Shown: positions 10,418 through 19,417 of the stretch, in pieces
Layout of the letters: the number at the start of each line of letters is the position of its first letter
Position numbering within the stretch: position 1 is the first letter of the stretch
From: Candidatus Kaiserbacteria bacterium
Lineage (GTDB): Bacteria; Patescibacteriota; Minisyncoccia; Phycocordibacterales; UBA2100
DNA: 64,000 nt
Assembly (NCBI GenBank): GCA_963767115.1
Contig: CAVYCR010000005.1
Span: 89,582 to 153,581 of the forward strand
Reading direction: 5' to 3'
Translations under genes and position numbers: made by a program
The notes under the pieces: generated by a model
What the model was told of the DNA's origin: nothing
The model's input: only the letters and a program-made list of their open reading frames with translations
Databases searched by the model: none

Positions 10418-10768
10418 TTATTTGGACTTGAAAAGCGTTGGACTCACCGGGGTCAGCTGCGTAGCGGGGACGGATGCGCCTGCAAGCGGTGCAAACGGGT
10501 CGGGCCTGCCGACGGGTTCCGGTACTATAGCGGTCGTCAAATCCTGAAGTGAAGCGAAGGCCGGATCGGAGAAAATACTACTATTGAGTGAGACGGCTTG
10601 CAGCGAAACGAGCGTCGCCACGATCTGTGCCCCCGGTCCTGAGAGTGCCGAGTCAGTAGTAGTCGTTGTGATGTCTGACTGCGAGCTACTGCCAGAACCT
10701 AAGACATACCAAGCGACTCCGATGAGCACTATGACGCCGCCGATGATGAGTCCTTTGTGGTTGAACAT
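10418..10768 (-). CDS. small single-pass membrane protein, T4P-operon associated
   Basis: N-terminal TM helix. Located between the pilO-like gene and pilB. Confidence 0.5.
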   Translation of the reverse strand: MFNHKGLIIGGVIVLIGVAWYVLGSGSSSQSDITTTTTDSALSGPGAQIVATLVSLQAVSLNSSIFSDPAFASLQDLTTAIVPEPVGRPDPFAPLAGASVPATQLTPVSPTLFKSK

Positions 10769-10771
10769 ATA

Positions 10772-11401
10772 TTATGAAGAAGTGGAGCTTGCCGTCCCCA
10801 GAGGAATTGCGGAGACAGACGGCTTGAGCCAGTACGTCTGGAGTGCGACCGTGAAGCTATACACAGGCGTGCCGCCTACGCCGCCATTCGCTTGTGTGTC
10901 ATCGGTCACTTTGATCGATTGGATGTCGACGATAGCGAGGCTCGATTGGAGAACACTCAAGAACTGTTCGAAAGCCGCGTACGTGCCATGCACCGTGAAG
11001 TTCATGACCAGCGTATTATAGTCGACGTTCACCGTACCTACGACACCCGTAGCGCTCGTATTTTGGACAGCGCTCGCTTCATTGGAATTGACGTCGACGT
11101 TCTCGAGGGACATATTGTCTTTGGAGGCGAGCGTGTCAAAGTCAAGAATGAGCGCGATATCGTTGACCTGATCCGGCAACATCGTCTGCAAACGCGCCAG
11201 ATCGCTTGGATTGAAAGCGTTGAATTTGGCCAAAAGCTGCTTCATAACGCTTTCGAGTTGTGCTGCTTTGTCGAGTGCCGCATTATATTGAGCGATCTGG
11301 GCTTGGTTACCCTGAATAACCGTGTACGTCGGATCGGTGTAGAGATAGAAAATCGCTCCTGCGACCATGATCATGAATACTGAGAGGATAGTTCGTGTCA
11401 T
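10772..11401 (-). CDS. PilO-like pilus assembly protein
   Basis: N-terminal TM helix plus a coiled coil. Called from its position after the PilN-like gene. No motif-level proof. Confidence 0.5.
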   Translation of the reverse strand: MTRTILSVFMIMVAGAIFYLYTDPTYTVIQGNQAQIAQYNAALDKAAQLESVMKQLLAKFNAFNPSDLARLQTMLPDQVNDIALILDFDTLASKDNMSLENVDVNSNEASAVQNTSATGVVGTVNVDYNTLVMNFTVHGTYAAFEQFLSVLQSSLAIVDIQSIKVTDDTQANGGVGGTPVYSFTVALQTYWLKPSVSAIPLGTASSTSS

Positions 11402-11408
11402 ATGGTCA

Positions 11409-12158
11409 TCAATGGCCTGATTGAGTTGATTGAGTCGACTGGACTACAGAAGAAGGCGCAATAGCGGCCGGCGCTGTGCCGACGCTTGTTGTCGCAGTCG
11501 GTGGCACGCTGCTCTGCGAGGTCTGAGTAGGCTGTCCGTTCGCGCTATCTTGCGCGCCAGCTTGACCATTCTGCACGTATTGCTCATAACTCAGCGCGCT
11601 CGGGTTCACGTCGGCAGTGAGATTGAAGTGCACGCCGTCGATCTGCGGGTCGACATCGGAGAAAATCGGATTTTCAAGAACGCCGCTTTGGCCGAAGAGT
11701 TGGGCCTGCTCCGCGATCGAGTTGACACTCTGGGCGACGCCGGTCATTTTGATCGATACATGCTGGTTGTCGGGCGCTTCGTAGTCGAGCGTCGTGAATG
11801 ATATGGTCTGCAAGGTCGATTGATTGAGAGCCGCGAGAAATGCGCTTGGCGCCAAGTGTGAAGAAAGCAGCCCTTGGGCGGTCTGCATTCGATTATCAAG
11901 CTGTGTCAATTGTTGCACGAGCGTGGGATCAAACTGCTGCTGCGCGTTTTGGATCGATTTGAGTTTGCCGGCAACCTGAGTCTGGAGGTATTGGTTGTAT
12001 ATGAACGCTCCTGCAGCAAGCGCGATCGATGCCACCAAAAGTATGGTGGCAATCAGCGAGACGAGCTCGCTTAAGCCGCCGCTCTCGTAGCGTCGTATCG
12101 GCTTGGAGTTCGACGTCGCGTCTTGCGGTATGAAAGAATTAGGTACGCCTGCCTCCAT
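11409..12158 (-). CDS. PilN-like pilus assembly protein
   Basis: Bitopic protein directly downstream of pilM. The call is positional. Confidence 0.5.
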   Translation of the reverse strand: MEAGVPNSFIPQDATSNSKPIRRYESGGLSELVSLIATILLVASIALAAGAFIYNQYLQTQVAGKLKSIQNAQQQFDPTLVQQLTQLDNRMQTAQGLLSSHLAPSAFLAALNQSTLQTISFTTLDYEAPDNQHVSIKMTGVAQSVNSIAEQAQLFGQSGVLENPIFSDVDPQIDGVHFNLTADVNPSALSYEQYVQNGQAGAQDSANGQPTQTSQSSVPPTATTSVGTAPAAIAPSSVVQSTQSTQSGH

Positions 12159-12185
12159 AATATTATCTTTCGGCGTTCAGTTTGT

Positions 12186-13340
12186 TCATAAATGTTTGAG
12201 CTTACGCAAGGCGAGTCCTACCGAAACGGCAAAGCCGGGACCGATTTCCCGCAGGACGCTTTCCAAGAATGCCGGGGCTTCGGTATGCGCAAAAGGATTC
12301 GCCAACTCGACTTCGGCGTTCAGTGATGTTCGGGCCACTTCGATGATCCCCGGCAAGGATGCGCCGCCTCCCGTAAGGAGGACGCGCGACACATTCTTGT
12401 TGTATCGCTGACCGTAGGTTAATAGTACCCGATTTACTTCGCTAAACACACGAGAGAGTGTTGATAACAATGCCGCTTTGATCTGTTCGTTCTCGTCATG
12501 CGAGTACGTGCTCGTCTCGATGAGGCCTCGTTCGCGTTTGATGCGTTCTGATTTTTCAAATTCCCAGTTCATTGTACGCGCCAAAGTCTCCGTCATCTGC
12601 ACGCCGCCCGCCGTCACGATATGCGTGAGACGCACGACTCCCCGTTCGACCACGTACACCTTGGAGGTCGAGGCACCGAGGTCGACCATCACAACCGGCG
12701 CGATACCATGGTCAAGCGAGGCGCGTATCGCGCTAAAAATCTCGATTTCATAGAAATCGACCTTCAGCCCGGCTGTCGCGCTCAGGTTCTGATACGAGCG
12801 GAGAATCTCGTTTTGGATCGCGACGAGGAGCACCTCTTCGCCTTTGGCGCGCTTGGCCTCCACGTCTTTGTCTTGGATCTTGTCGAAAGCGCTGTCACCT
12901 GCTTCTTGTTGCGGCAGGACGAACCAGTCGAGCGCGACGTCAGAGACCGGAACCGGAATGTATTTGCGCGCTTCGATCGGCACGATGCGCTTGAGGGATT
13001 CGGCGTCGACCTTGGGCAGCTCGATCACCGTGACGAGGCTCGATGAAAAAGGAATGGAGAGCCCTGCTGTCTTTGAGGTCGTGTTGGCTTCCTTCATGAG
13101 ATCGACGAGCGCTTCGGCGAGCTTCTCGCTCTGGAGCTTCACAGACTTGCCGATGGGCTGCGTGCCGTACGGCCCGAGCGCGATCTCGCCGTAAGTCTCG
13201 AGGACTGCGGTCGCGCGCGAAGCGCGCAGCTGCACGAGCTTGATCGACGAAGAGCCGATGTCGATCCCGATCACGCTCGCATCAGGGCGAGCACCGAGCG
13301 AAGATGTCAGTCCTGCAAAAACTTTCGAGAACGACGCCAT
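12186..13340 (-). CDS. pilM: type IV pilus assembly protein PilM (actin-like ATPase fold)
   Basis: VIGIDIGSSSIKLVQL.. and ..VMVDLGASTSKVYVV.. phosphate-binding motifs. Confidence 0.85.
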   Translation of the reverse strand: MASFSKVFAGLTSSLGARPDASVIGIDIGSSSIKLVQLRASRATAVLETYGEIALGPYGTQPIGKSVKLQSEKLAEALVDLMKEANTTSKTAGLSIPFSSSLVTVIELPKVDAESLKRIVPIEARKYIPVPVSDVALDWFVLPQQEAGDSAFDKIQDKDVEAKRAKGEEVLLVAIQNEILRSYQNLSATAGLKVDFYEIEIFSAIRASLDHGIAPVVMVDLGASTSKVYVVERGVVRLTHIVTAGGVQMTETLARTMNWEFEKSERIKRERGLIETSTYSHDENEQIKAALLSTLSRVFSEVNRVLLTYGQRYNKNVSRVLLTGGGASLPGIIEVARTSLNAEVELANPFAHTEAPAFLESVLREIGPGFAVSVGLALRKLKHL

Positions 13341-13530
13341 TTAAAAAGTATATCACGCGCAGCATGAGCGAACTGGTTCTGTAACGAATTGGAGACAATC
13401 TGATTGTCTACACATGATGCATTCTTATACTTCAAGAGCTGATGTTAGCAACAAAAAAAGAAAATCCCCGGGCCCAAGTGACAAAGTGTCACGGATTCCG
13501 AGGATTCCGTCCGCCAGCGGCGGACAAAGT

Positions 13531-14004
13531 TCAAAGCGACTGCTTGGCGAGAGAGAGGACCTGAGGGAAGGCACGCCGCCTGCGGTCGCCGCGCTGCCAC
13601 GTGATGACACGCCACTCGCCGCTGTAGACATCGTCCCAGTGTACCGTCACGAGGCAGGAACTCGTGTAGAACAAGTTGGCGTAGCCGTTGCTTAGCAACG
13701 TCCCCTTCTTGCCGCCGGGCTGTTGCCCAATCAGCTGCGCGATGACCGCGCACATAGCACTCTCATCGAAGAGATTTCCCGACAAAGCGGCCTCGATCTT
13801 TTTGTCGGTCGCGTCTTTGGCGAGATCGGCGATGCCGAGGCTGAAGGTGGTACCCGCTTGCATCGGCTTCGCCCTGACTACGACGAGCTTGCGCATATCG
13901 CACCACACATAGAGCCCATCTCCGGTGAGATAGAAGTCCTCGGGATAGTGGTCCTCTATCGTCGTGATCGAGACGGGATCGCGGGATATTAAGATCTGAT
14001 TCAT
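13531..14004 (-). CDS. DGR variable-protein paralog (remote or orphan target)
   Basis: Paralog of 46758-47417 (..GDGLYVW..GTTF..CAV[IV]A..SNGYANLFYTSSC..). The start is at ATG 14004, preceded by GGAGG. Confidence 0.75.
   Translation of the reverse strand: MNQILISRDPVSITTIEDHYPEDFYLTGDGLYVWCDMRKLVVVRAKPMQAGTTFSLGIADLAKDATDKKIEAALSGNLFDESAMCAVIAQLIGQQPGGKKGTLLSNGYANLFYTSSCLVTVHWDDVYSGEWRVITWQRGDRRRRAFPQVLSLAKQSL
13548..13663 (-). other. VR-like C-terminal region of the remote DGR-target paralog
   Basis: Collinear with the TR. Variable residues fall at TR AAC codons, but several non-A differences and a 3-nt insertion are also present. Confidence 0.6.
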
Positions 14005-14140
14005 AACCCACCTCCTCAAAGAGCCGGTTCGAAAACGGGACTATTTCCGCTTTCTTAGGAGCTGATAATATTATACATCAAATAAATATAAAGTAAATAT
14101 ACAAAAAGAGGTACTTATCCCCACACGCCACGTTGCCCCT

Positions 14141-14689
14141 ATGAATAGGAATAGGGGTATAATTTGGCGCATGTTCAAGGTATGGCTCTTGATTCGAGCC
14201 TTAGACTTCCAGCAACAGCATGAAACAGATTCGGAGGAAGCTGAAATGGCTTCTGCTCTCCTAGGTATTGGTAAGAGAAAATATGTCGAGACTGCGAACT
14301 TTGCGGGGGCATGTACCAAACTTAATCTTTACTTCTTTTTACTGCCAAAATGGGTTCGTAATCTCATAAGAAAACAGCCGCCTATCGTATACGCAGGAAC
14401 GACTCCCATTCGATCAGGACTCTCAAATATCTACTTTCTTATTGACGATGCGGAGGATAAAGATTTTATCTCATATGCTCACAAGGAAGAAAACGATAAT
14501 GAGAAGGATAAGACTTTAGTTCGTGTAACTCCTAAGGGCAGACGGTTCATGACGTATCCTGGATATATTGAGGAATTGCTTTCTCGGTATCCTAGGGCAT
14601 GGGCTTTCGTTTTCTTGCCGTTGCTCATTGGTATATTCGGTTCTCCTTACTTGAAAGAATTTTGGGTACATCTGGTAGAATGGTTGTGA
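14141..14689 (+). CDS. hypothetical protein (IS passenger, low GC)
   Basis: ORF track only. The start is uncertain. Confidence 0.35.
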   Translation: MNRNRGIIWRMFKVWLLIRALDFQQQHETDSEEAEMASALLGIGKRKYVETANFAGACTKLNLYFFLLPKWVRNLIRKQPPIVYAGTTPIRSGLSNIYFLIDDAEDKDFISYAHKEENDNEKDKTLVRVTPKGRRFMTYPGYIEELLSRYPRAWAFVFLPLLIGIFGSPYLKEFWVHLVEWL

Positions 14690-14877
14690 TGTGGAACAAA
14701 ATAAAGCAGAACTGGCGCGAGCTAGCGGGCTGGTTGATGATTGCGGTTTTTGTGTTCTTTTCCGACACCGCTATTGGAATGACCGTGAGTTCTACAGATA
14801 AGCTTGACGCTATAAGATTCTTTTTTCTCGCGCTAACGATATTAGTATTAGCATGGCTATGGTTGAACAGAAAATGA
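14680..14877 (+). CDS. small membrane protein (IS passenger)
   Basis: ATG at 14680 overlaps the upstream stop. Two predicted TM helices. Confidence 0.35.
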   Translation: MVVMWNKIKQNWRELAGWLMIAVFVFFSDTAIGMTVSSTDKLDAIRFFFLALTILVLAWLWLNRK

Positions 14878-14921
14878 CAATATGTCCGAGCGCGATAACT
14901 TCCTAAAACTCCTCGGTAAAG

Positions 14922-15738
14922 CTATCTCGCCGCCCGCGCGACCATTGTTTGGAAGCACGAAACCGAAGAAAGGCGCTGGTTATAGCGGAAAGCGAACTCG
15001 TCCACGTAAGCCTGCAAATGCTTCGCGGAAACGAAATGGTAAGTCCCGCGTATAGAGCGTTTCAACTGCCCCCAGAACCCCTCGATTGTGTTGGTGTGTA
15101 CGTTGCCGCGAACGTACTCCTTGATACCGTGGCGAACTTTCCAGTGGTCATAGCCGAGCTTCGGAAGCTTGGCATACACGCGGAACTCATCGGATACGAT
15201 ATTCGCGTCCTTGCCGATGTTGGCTTTGATAGTGCCTAAGAGGATATGCGTCTGCCGATCTGAAATGGTCATGGCGCGAACACGACCCTTGCGCTCGACC
15301 ATGCCCATAAGCGCGGTCTTGTTCTTGAACTTGGTCTGGTTGTTTCCTTTCTTTCCAAAGTACGTTTCGTCTACTTCGACAATGCCCGAAAGAAAGTCGC
15401 CGTCTTGTGTCATGAGCGTTCGGATTTGATGCCCGATGCGCCACGCGCACTTGTACGTCATGCCGAAATGCCGTTGCAACTCTTTAGGCTGAAACGCCGT
15501 TCTTGGAGATAGAGAAAAGGAAAATGGCTTCCAGCCATACAGTGAGAGGGGTTTTCGACTTCTCGAAGATAGTGCCAGCGAGAGGGGCAATCTGCTCGCC
15601 TTTGGGGTTGGAATACGCCTTGCGTCCCGCTATGCGGTAGAACTGTTTGGCGTTCGGGTGTTTCGCCCGAAAGATGTAGTCCAAGCAAATGTCGTCATTT
15701 GCGAACTCCTTACGAAACTCTGCAATGGTGTATTTCAT
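14922..15738 (-). pseudogene. IS1595-family (ISXO2-like DDE) transposase, one frameshift
   Basis: ORF 15484-15738 (N-terminal part) and ORF 14922-15590 (DDE part, ..VEVDETYFG..HTNTIEGFW..) join as ..SKNGVSA|KELQRHFG.. if one nt near 15483-15486 is removed. Confidence 0.8.
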
Positions 15739-15910
15739 AGTCTTGATAATTACTCTCTAATAGCCCAAGTGTATATCCTATGGGCTACGTGTCAAGTGGG
15801 GATAAGTACCCAAAAAGACAATATTCTAAGCCATTAATTGTACCTAGGGTTAAATCCTCCTTGGGTTTTGCAGCTTATATGAAAGCTGAAACCTGACAGC
15901 CGAAAGCTTT

Positions 15911-16246
15911 TTAACTTTCTATCCGGTCGATCTTAGCGGCGACGATGAAGTCGTTTTCGGAGAGGCCGCCGATGGAGTGGGTCCAGGTGTGGATCTTGAG
16001 AGAACCCCATGCCACATGGAGGTCAGGCTGATGGCCTTCTGCCTCTGCTACCTCGGCAACTTTCGTCGTGAAGGCAAAAGCGTCCTTGAAATCCTTGAAG
16101 GTATAGGCCTTGGAGATGCTTTTAGCGTCTTCGGCGAGCGTCCAACCGTTCAATTGCTTCATCAAAATCTCCGCTTCCGTCCGCGAAAACGGTATTACGC
16201 CACCTTCGCAAGGGATGCATACCTTCTGAGTGAGATCGTTTTCCAT
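15911..16246 (-). CDS. phhB: pterin-4-alpha-carbinolamine dehydratase (PCD/DCoH)
   Basis: ..GW..Y.F.DF..A..F...VA..AE...HHPD-like (GHQPDLHVAWGSLKIHTWTH) family pattern. Confidence 0.8.
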   Translation of the reverse strand: MENDLTQKVCIPCEGGVIPFSRTEAEILMKQLNGWTLAEDAKSISKAYTFKDFKDAFAFTTKVAEVAEAEGHQPDLHVAWGSLKIHTWTHSIGGLSENDFIVAAKIDRIES

Positions 16247-16262
16247 GCGCGAAGTGTAGCAT

Positions 16263-16354
16263 GCCGGACACCCGAAAGGCACTCACGGCTTCTGAGCAAT
16301 GTCTGAGCGGAGCGAGTTGCGGAAGAAGCCGTGAGTGCCTTTCGGGTGTCCGGC
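16263..16354. repeat. perfect 30-bp inverted repeat with a 32-nt loop
   Basis: gccggacacccgaaaggcactcacggcttc (16263-16292) is the exact reverse complement of 16325-16354. Confidence 0.95.
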
Positions 16355-16376
16355 CCCGGCCATGTACAATAGATAG

Positions 16377-17060
16377 ATGGCCTGGGGTCGGCTCGTACGT
16401 GAAGCACGCGAATTCTTTCGCGAGTTTTTTGTTGCGGCGCTCGATGCTATCGTGCCTCCCGCTCCTGCCTCGGCGCGCACGCAGGAGCGCCGACTCTCTG
16501 ACATCCCCCTCACTCCTGCCGTCCACGAGCTCCTCGACGCGAGTATCACGACGCTTACCGATTACCAGGTGCCCGAGGTACGCGACCTCATACGAAGCCT
16601 CAAGTACGACGGCAACGCGCACGCCGCGCATCTGTGCGCCGCGCTCCTTACTGACTATCTGCGCGAGGAGATCTCCTCGATACGACTTTTCTCCACCGCA
16701 CCCGTCATCATCATTCCCCTGCCCTTGCACAAGACCCGACAAAAAGAACGCGGATTCAACCAGATCGCGATCGTACTCGAGCGTATGCCGGAGCCCTTCA
16801 AAGACGGCACGCGCGCGAGACTGGCTCCTGAGGCACTGCAGCGCACGCGCGATACGCCGCATCAGACCAAGCTCTCGCGCCGTGAACGCATACGCAACAC
16901 GAAGAACGCTTTCGCCGTACCGGACCCTTCTGCAATACACAAAGCACACGTCTTCCTCATTGATGACGTCACCACTACGGGCGCCACTCTTGCCGCCGCC
17001 GGCAAAGCACTACACAAAGCAGGCGCCAAGGTGAATCTCATAGCACTGGCACGCGCATAA
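16377..17060 (+). CDS. comF: ComF-family phosphoribosyltransferase
   Basis: ..RGFNQ..L.R.R.T..Q..L....R..N...AF.. and the PRTase motif VFLIDDVTTTGATL. Confidence 0.8.
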   Translation: MAWGRLVREAREFFREFFVAALDAIVPPAPASARTQERRLSDIPLTPAVHELLDASITTLTDYQVPEVRDLIRSLKYDGNAHAAHLCAALLTDYLREEISSIRLFSTAPVIIIPLPLHKTRQKERGFNQIAIVLERMPEPFKDGTRARLAPEALQRTRDTPHQTKLSRRERIRNTKNAFAVPDPSAIHKAHVFLIDDVTTTGATLAAAGKALHKAGAKVNLIALARA

Positions 17061-17247
17061 AGCGGCGGGCACCTGCAACAGGAAATACTGGTTTTTGAGA
17101 CCCCGCAGGCGGCGGCCGAGGACCAGAGGAATTTTCCAACTGGAAAATTCCTGCATCTCCAAAATCTGTGTGCGCCTGCTGCGAAGTGCACTCTAAAAGC
17201 AAAAACCGCTCTAATGCGGCTTTTTGCTTCCTTACCTACTGTAATTA

Positions 17248-17511
17248 TTAGGAAAGGTGCTTGGAGACGAGCTTCGTCATCTCAAACATCGAGACCTGCG
17301 CCTTGCCGCCGAAGACCTTCTTGAGGTTTTCATCAGCGTTGATCATGCGCTTGTTCTTCTCGTCCTGCAGACCCTCCTTCTTGATGTAGACCCAAAGCTT
17401 CTTCACCACTTCCGAGCGGGGCATCGGACCCTTGCCCACCACCTCGGCGAGATCATCGCTGATCTGCATTGGTTTCATAAAAGCGGAATTCGTTTTTGTT
17501 GCCATAATCAC
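17248..17511 (-). CDS. SWIB/MDM2 domain protein
   Basis: ..MPRSEVVKKLWVYIKKEGLQD..NKRMINADENLKKVFG.. is the canonical SWIB pattern. Confidence 0.85.
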   Translation of the reverse strand: MIMATKTNSAFMKPMQISDDLAEVVGKGPMPRSEVVKKLWVYIKKEGLQDEKNKRMINADENLKKVFGGKAQVSMFEMTKLVSKHLS

Positions 17512-17676
17512 TTTTTATGTTATTAATCAGTTCCCTTACCGCCATTATACCCATTTCCAGGGCGAAAAGCCCGTGGGGTGGGATAACTCAGTTTTGGACG
17601 TCAATTGCGCACATGGCTCGTTTTGCTATGGTGTGGGCGGCTAGAACTTTGAGGCAGCCCTCATAAGGAGGAGAAA

Positions 17677-18393
17677 ATGACTGGGATCATTCTTGCGTGG
17701 GATAAGAAAGGGAGAAATCCTAATATCGACAGACCACTACTGAGGTCGCTTGCACCTTATGTAGACTGCATAAAAATCGGACCCGTATCGATATACGCGC
17801 CTGAGAGGATGGAGACCGCATTGGAAATCGCGCGAGATGCACTTTATTTTGGCTTTCAGGTATTTTGGGATCTGAAATTGCATGACATCGGGAATACCGA
17901 CCTAGAGGCTCTCGAGGATGTAGCAAACCTTCCAGGTATATCAATGCTGACAATCCATGCTGCTTCAAGTAGAAAGTGCTTGCAAGACGTCGCTAGTTTC
18001 TGCGCACAACGCAAGATTCTTGCACTAGCAGTGACACTCACCGATATTGAGCCTGATGACTGCAAGACACTTCATGGAGATTTGCCGCCTGAAACGGTCT
18101 TACGGCATGCAAATTATGCGTTTCAAAATGGTATTCGAGGAGTTGTCTGTTCACCGCAAGAGCTTGTACTTCTACGACCACTTGGTGATATGAAAAAAGT
18201 CACCCCTGGTGTCAGACCCGTTTGGGCATTGGCGAATGATCAGAAACGTATTGGTACTCCAGCACAAGCGGCGCGCGATGGCGCGGATTATATCGTCGTC
18301 GGCGGGCCAATCCTTAATCCGCCGGCTGGAATGACTCCCGCCGAGGCAGCACATGATATTCGTGCTGAAATGGAGGCGGCTCTTGCTGCATAG
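17677..18393 (+). CDS. pyrF: orotidine 5'-phosphate decarboxylase
   Basis: DLKLHDIGNT active-site motif and a C-terminal ..DYIVVGGPI.. motif. Confidence 0.85.
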   Translation: MTGIILAWDKKGRNPNIDRPLLRSLAPYVDCIKIGPVSIYAPERMETALEIARDALYFGFQVFWDLKLHDIGNTDLEALEDVANLPGISMLTIHAASSRKCLQDVASFCAQRKILALAVTLTDIEPDDCKTLHGDLPPETVLRHANYAFQNGIRGVVCSPQELVLLRPLGDMKKVTPGVRPVWALANDQKRIGTPAQAARDGADYIVVGGPILNPPAGMTPAEAAHDIRAEMEAALAA

Positions 18394-18399
18394 CGTAAT

Positions 18400-18432
18400 G
18401 CGGCGCGACCAGAGGTCGCGCCGCTCTTTTTA
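18400..18432 (+). terminator. rho-independent terminator after pyrF
   Basis: 11-bp GC stem gcggcgcgacc/ggtcgcgccgc, 3-nt loop, then a T-run. Confidence 0.75.
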
Positions 18433-18544
18433 TTGAAACAAACTCGGTGGTGCCGGGTATTACTTATCGAGAGCGGAAGGCGCACTATTCCCTCTCAACC
18501 ATGGTTCCCTTATCAGCGCACCAATTACTTATAGAAATACACGT

Positions 18545-19258
18545 ATGAACAAAAACAAATTAGCCATTCCGCTCGTCGTCGCAGCCTTGCTCACGGGGAT
18601 CGGCACGAGCGCGATCACGCTCGCAAGCGCGGCTTCGACCGACACTTCGACGGTTTCAACGACGACCACTACACAGCCGCAGCGCACACCGCCCGCAGCA
18701 ATGGGCAAGGTCACGGCGATCTCAGGCAATACCATTACTATCACTGATCAGAGGCCGGGCGACACGACGACTGGCACGACCTACACGGTCGATGCAAGCA
18801 GCGCGACGGTCACCAAGGATCGCGATACTGCTTCGACCGTCTCGGCGATAGCAGTCGGCGATATGATCGCTGTGGACGGCACGGTCTCTGGCGACAACGT
18901 CACTGCTACGGCAATTCATGACGGCTTGGGCGGAGGTCCCGGCGGCCCTGGAGGATTCGGCGGCGGACGTGGCCCCGGCGGCGTCATGGGCACGGTCTCA
19001 GCCATCAACGGCAACACGCTCACAGTGACCGGCAAAGACGGTGGCACTTACACAGTAGACGCTTCAAGCGCAACTATCCGTGAAAGTGGCACCACCTCGA
19101 CACTCTCGAGCGTCAAAGTCGGCGACACCGTAATGATCGGCGGCTCGATCACAACGGCTTCGATGACAGCTACTCAAATCGATGACGGTGTCCCTACAGT
19201 TCCGTCAGATGCCTCAGCATCAGGCTCGACGACCACAAGCACCAATAAAACTAGCTGA
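18545..19258 (+). CDS. secreted repeat protein (DUF5666-like beta repeats, Gly-rich linker)
   Basis: Signal peptide, then two repeats GxV(T/S)AI(S/N)GNT(I/L)T(I/V)T..YTVDASSAT..VGD. Confidence 0.6.
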   Translation: MNKNKLAIPLVVAALLTGIGTSAITLASAASTDTSTVSTTTTTQPQRTPPAAMGKVTAISGNTITITDQRPGDTTTGTTYTVDASSATVTKDRDTASTVSAIAVGDMIAVDGTVSGDNVTATAIHDGLGGGPGGPGGFGGGRGPGGVMGTVSAINGNTLTVTGKDGGTYTVDASSATIRESGTTSTLSSVKVGDTVMIGGSITTASMTATQIDDGVPTVPSDASASGSTTTSTNKTS

Positions 19259-19417
19259 ATATCCCCTTCATGCCAGAAGTCCACTCAAGGGACCCGTGGG
19301 GAGCACCCTGCTACCGAATCGCAATCTTTCATGCCAAACAGCTCCCTCAGGCCGCGACTGGGGGTTCTGAAAACGCCGCTGGGCAGCGCAAACACATGAA
19401 ACAAATTCATCTTAGGC

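Larger units (their letters stand above)
14110..15810 (-). mobile_element. IS1595-family insertion sequence with passenger ORFs
   Basis: Terminal inverted repeats GGTACTTATCCCCAC (14110-14124 / 15796-15810). Flanked by a perfect 8-bp direct repeat caaaaaga (14102-14109 and 15811-15818). Confidence 0.85.

Noticed and set aside
15483-15486. Possible programmed -1/+1 frameshift in the IS transposase
   Set aside because: IS1595-family transposases are single-ORF enzymes. There is no slippery heptamer or downstream structure here, and the first frame ends directly in TAA. It was interpreted as a mutational or assembly indel.
16122-16949. 275-aa minus-strand ORF
   Set aside because: It is antisense to the well-supported comF gene and runs through the 30-bp inverted repeat. 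It has an Arg-rich junk composition.
17128-17230. Two hairpins between comF and the SWIB gene (aggaattttcca-act-tggaaaattcct, and gcaaaaaccgc..gcggctttttgc)
   Set aside because: These are ordinary convergent-gene (bidirectional) terminators, and nothing unusual was seen.
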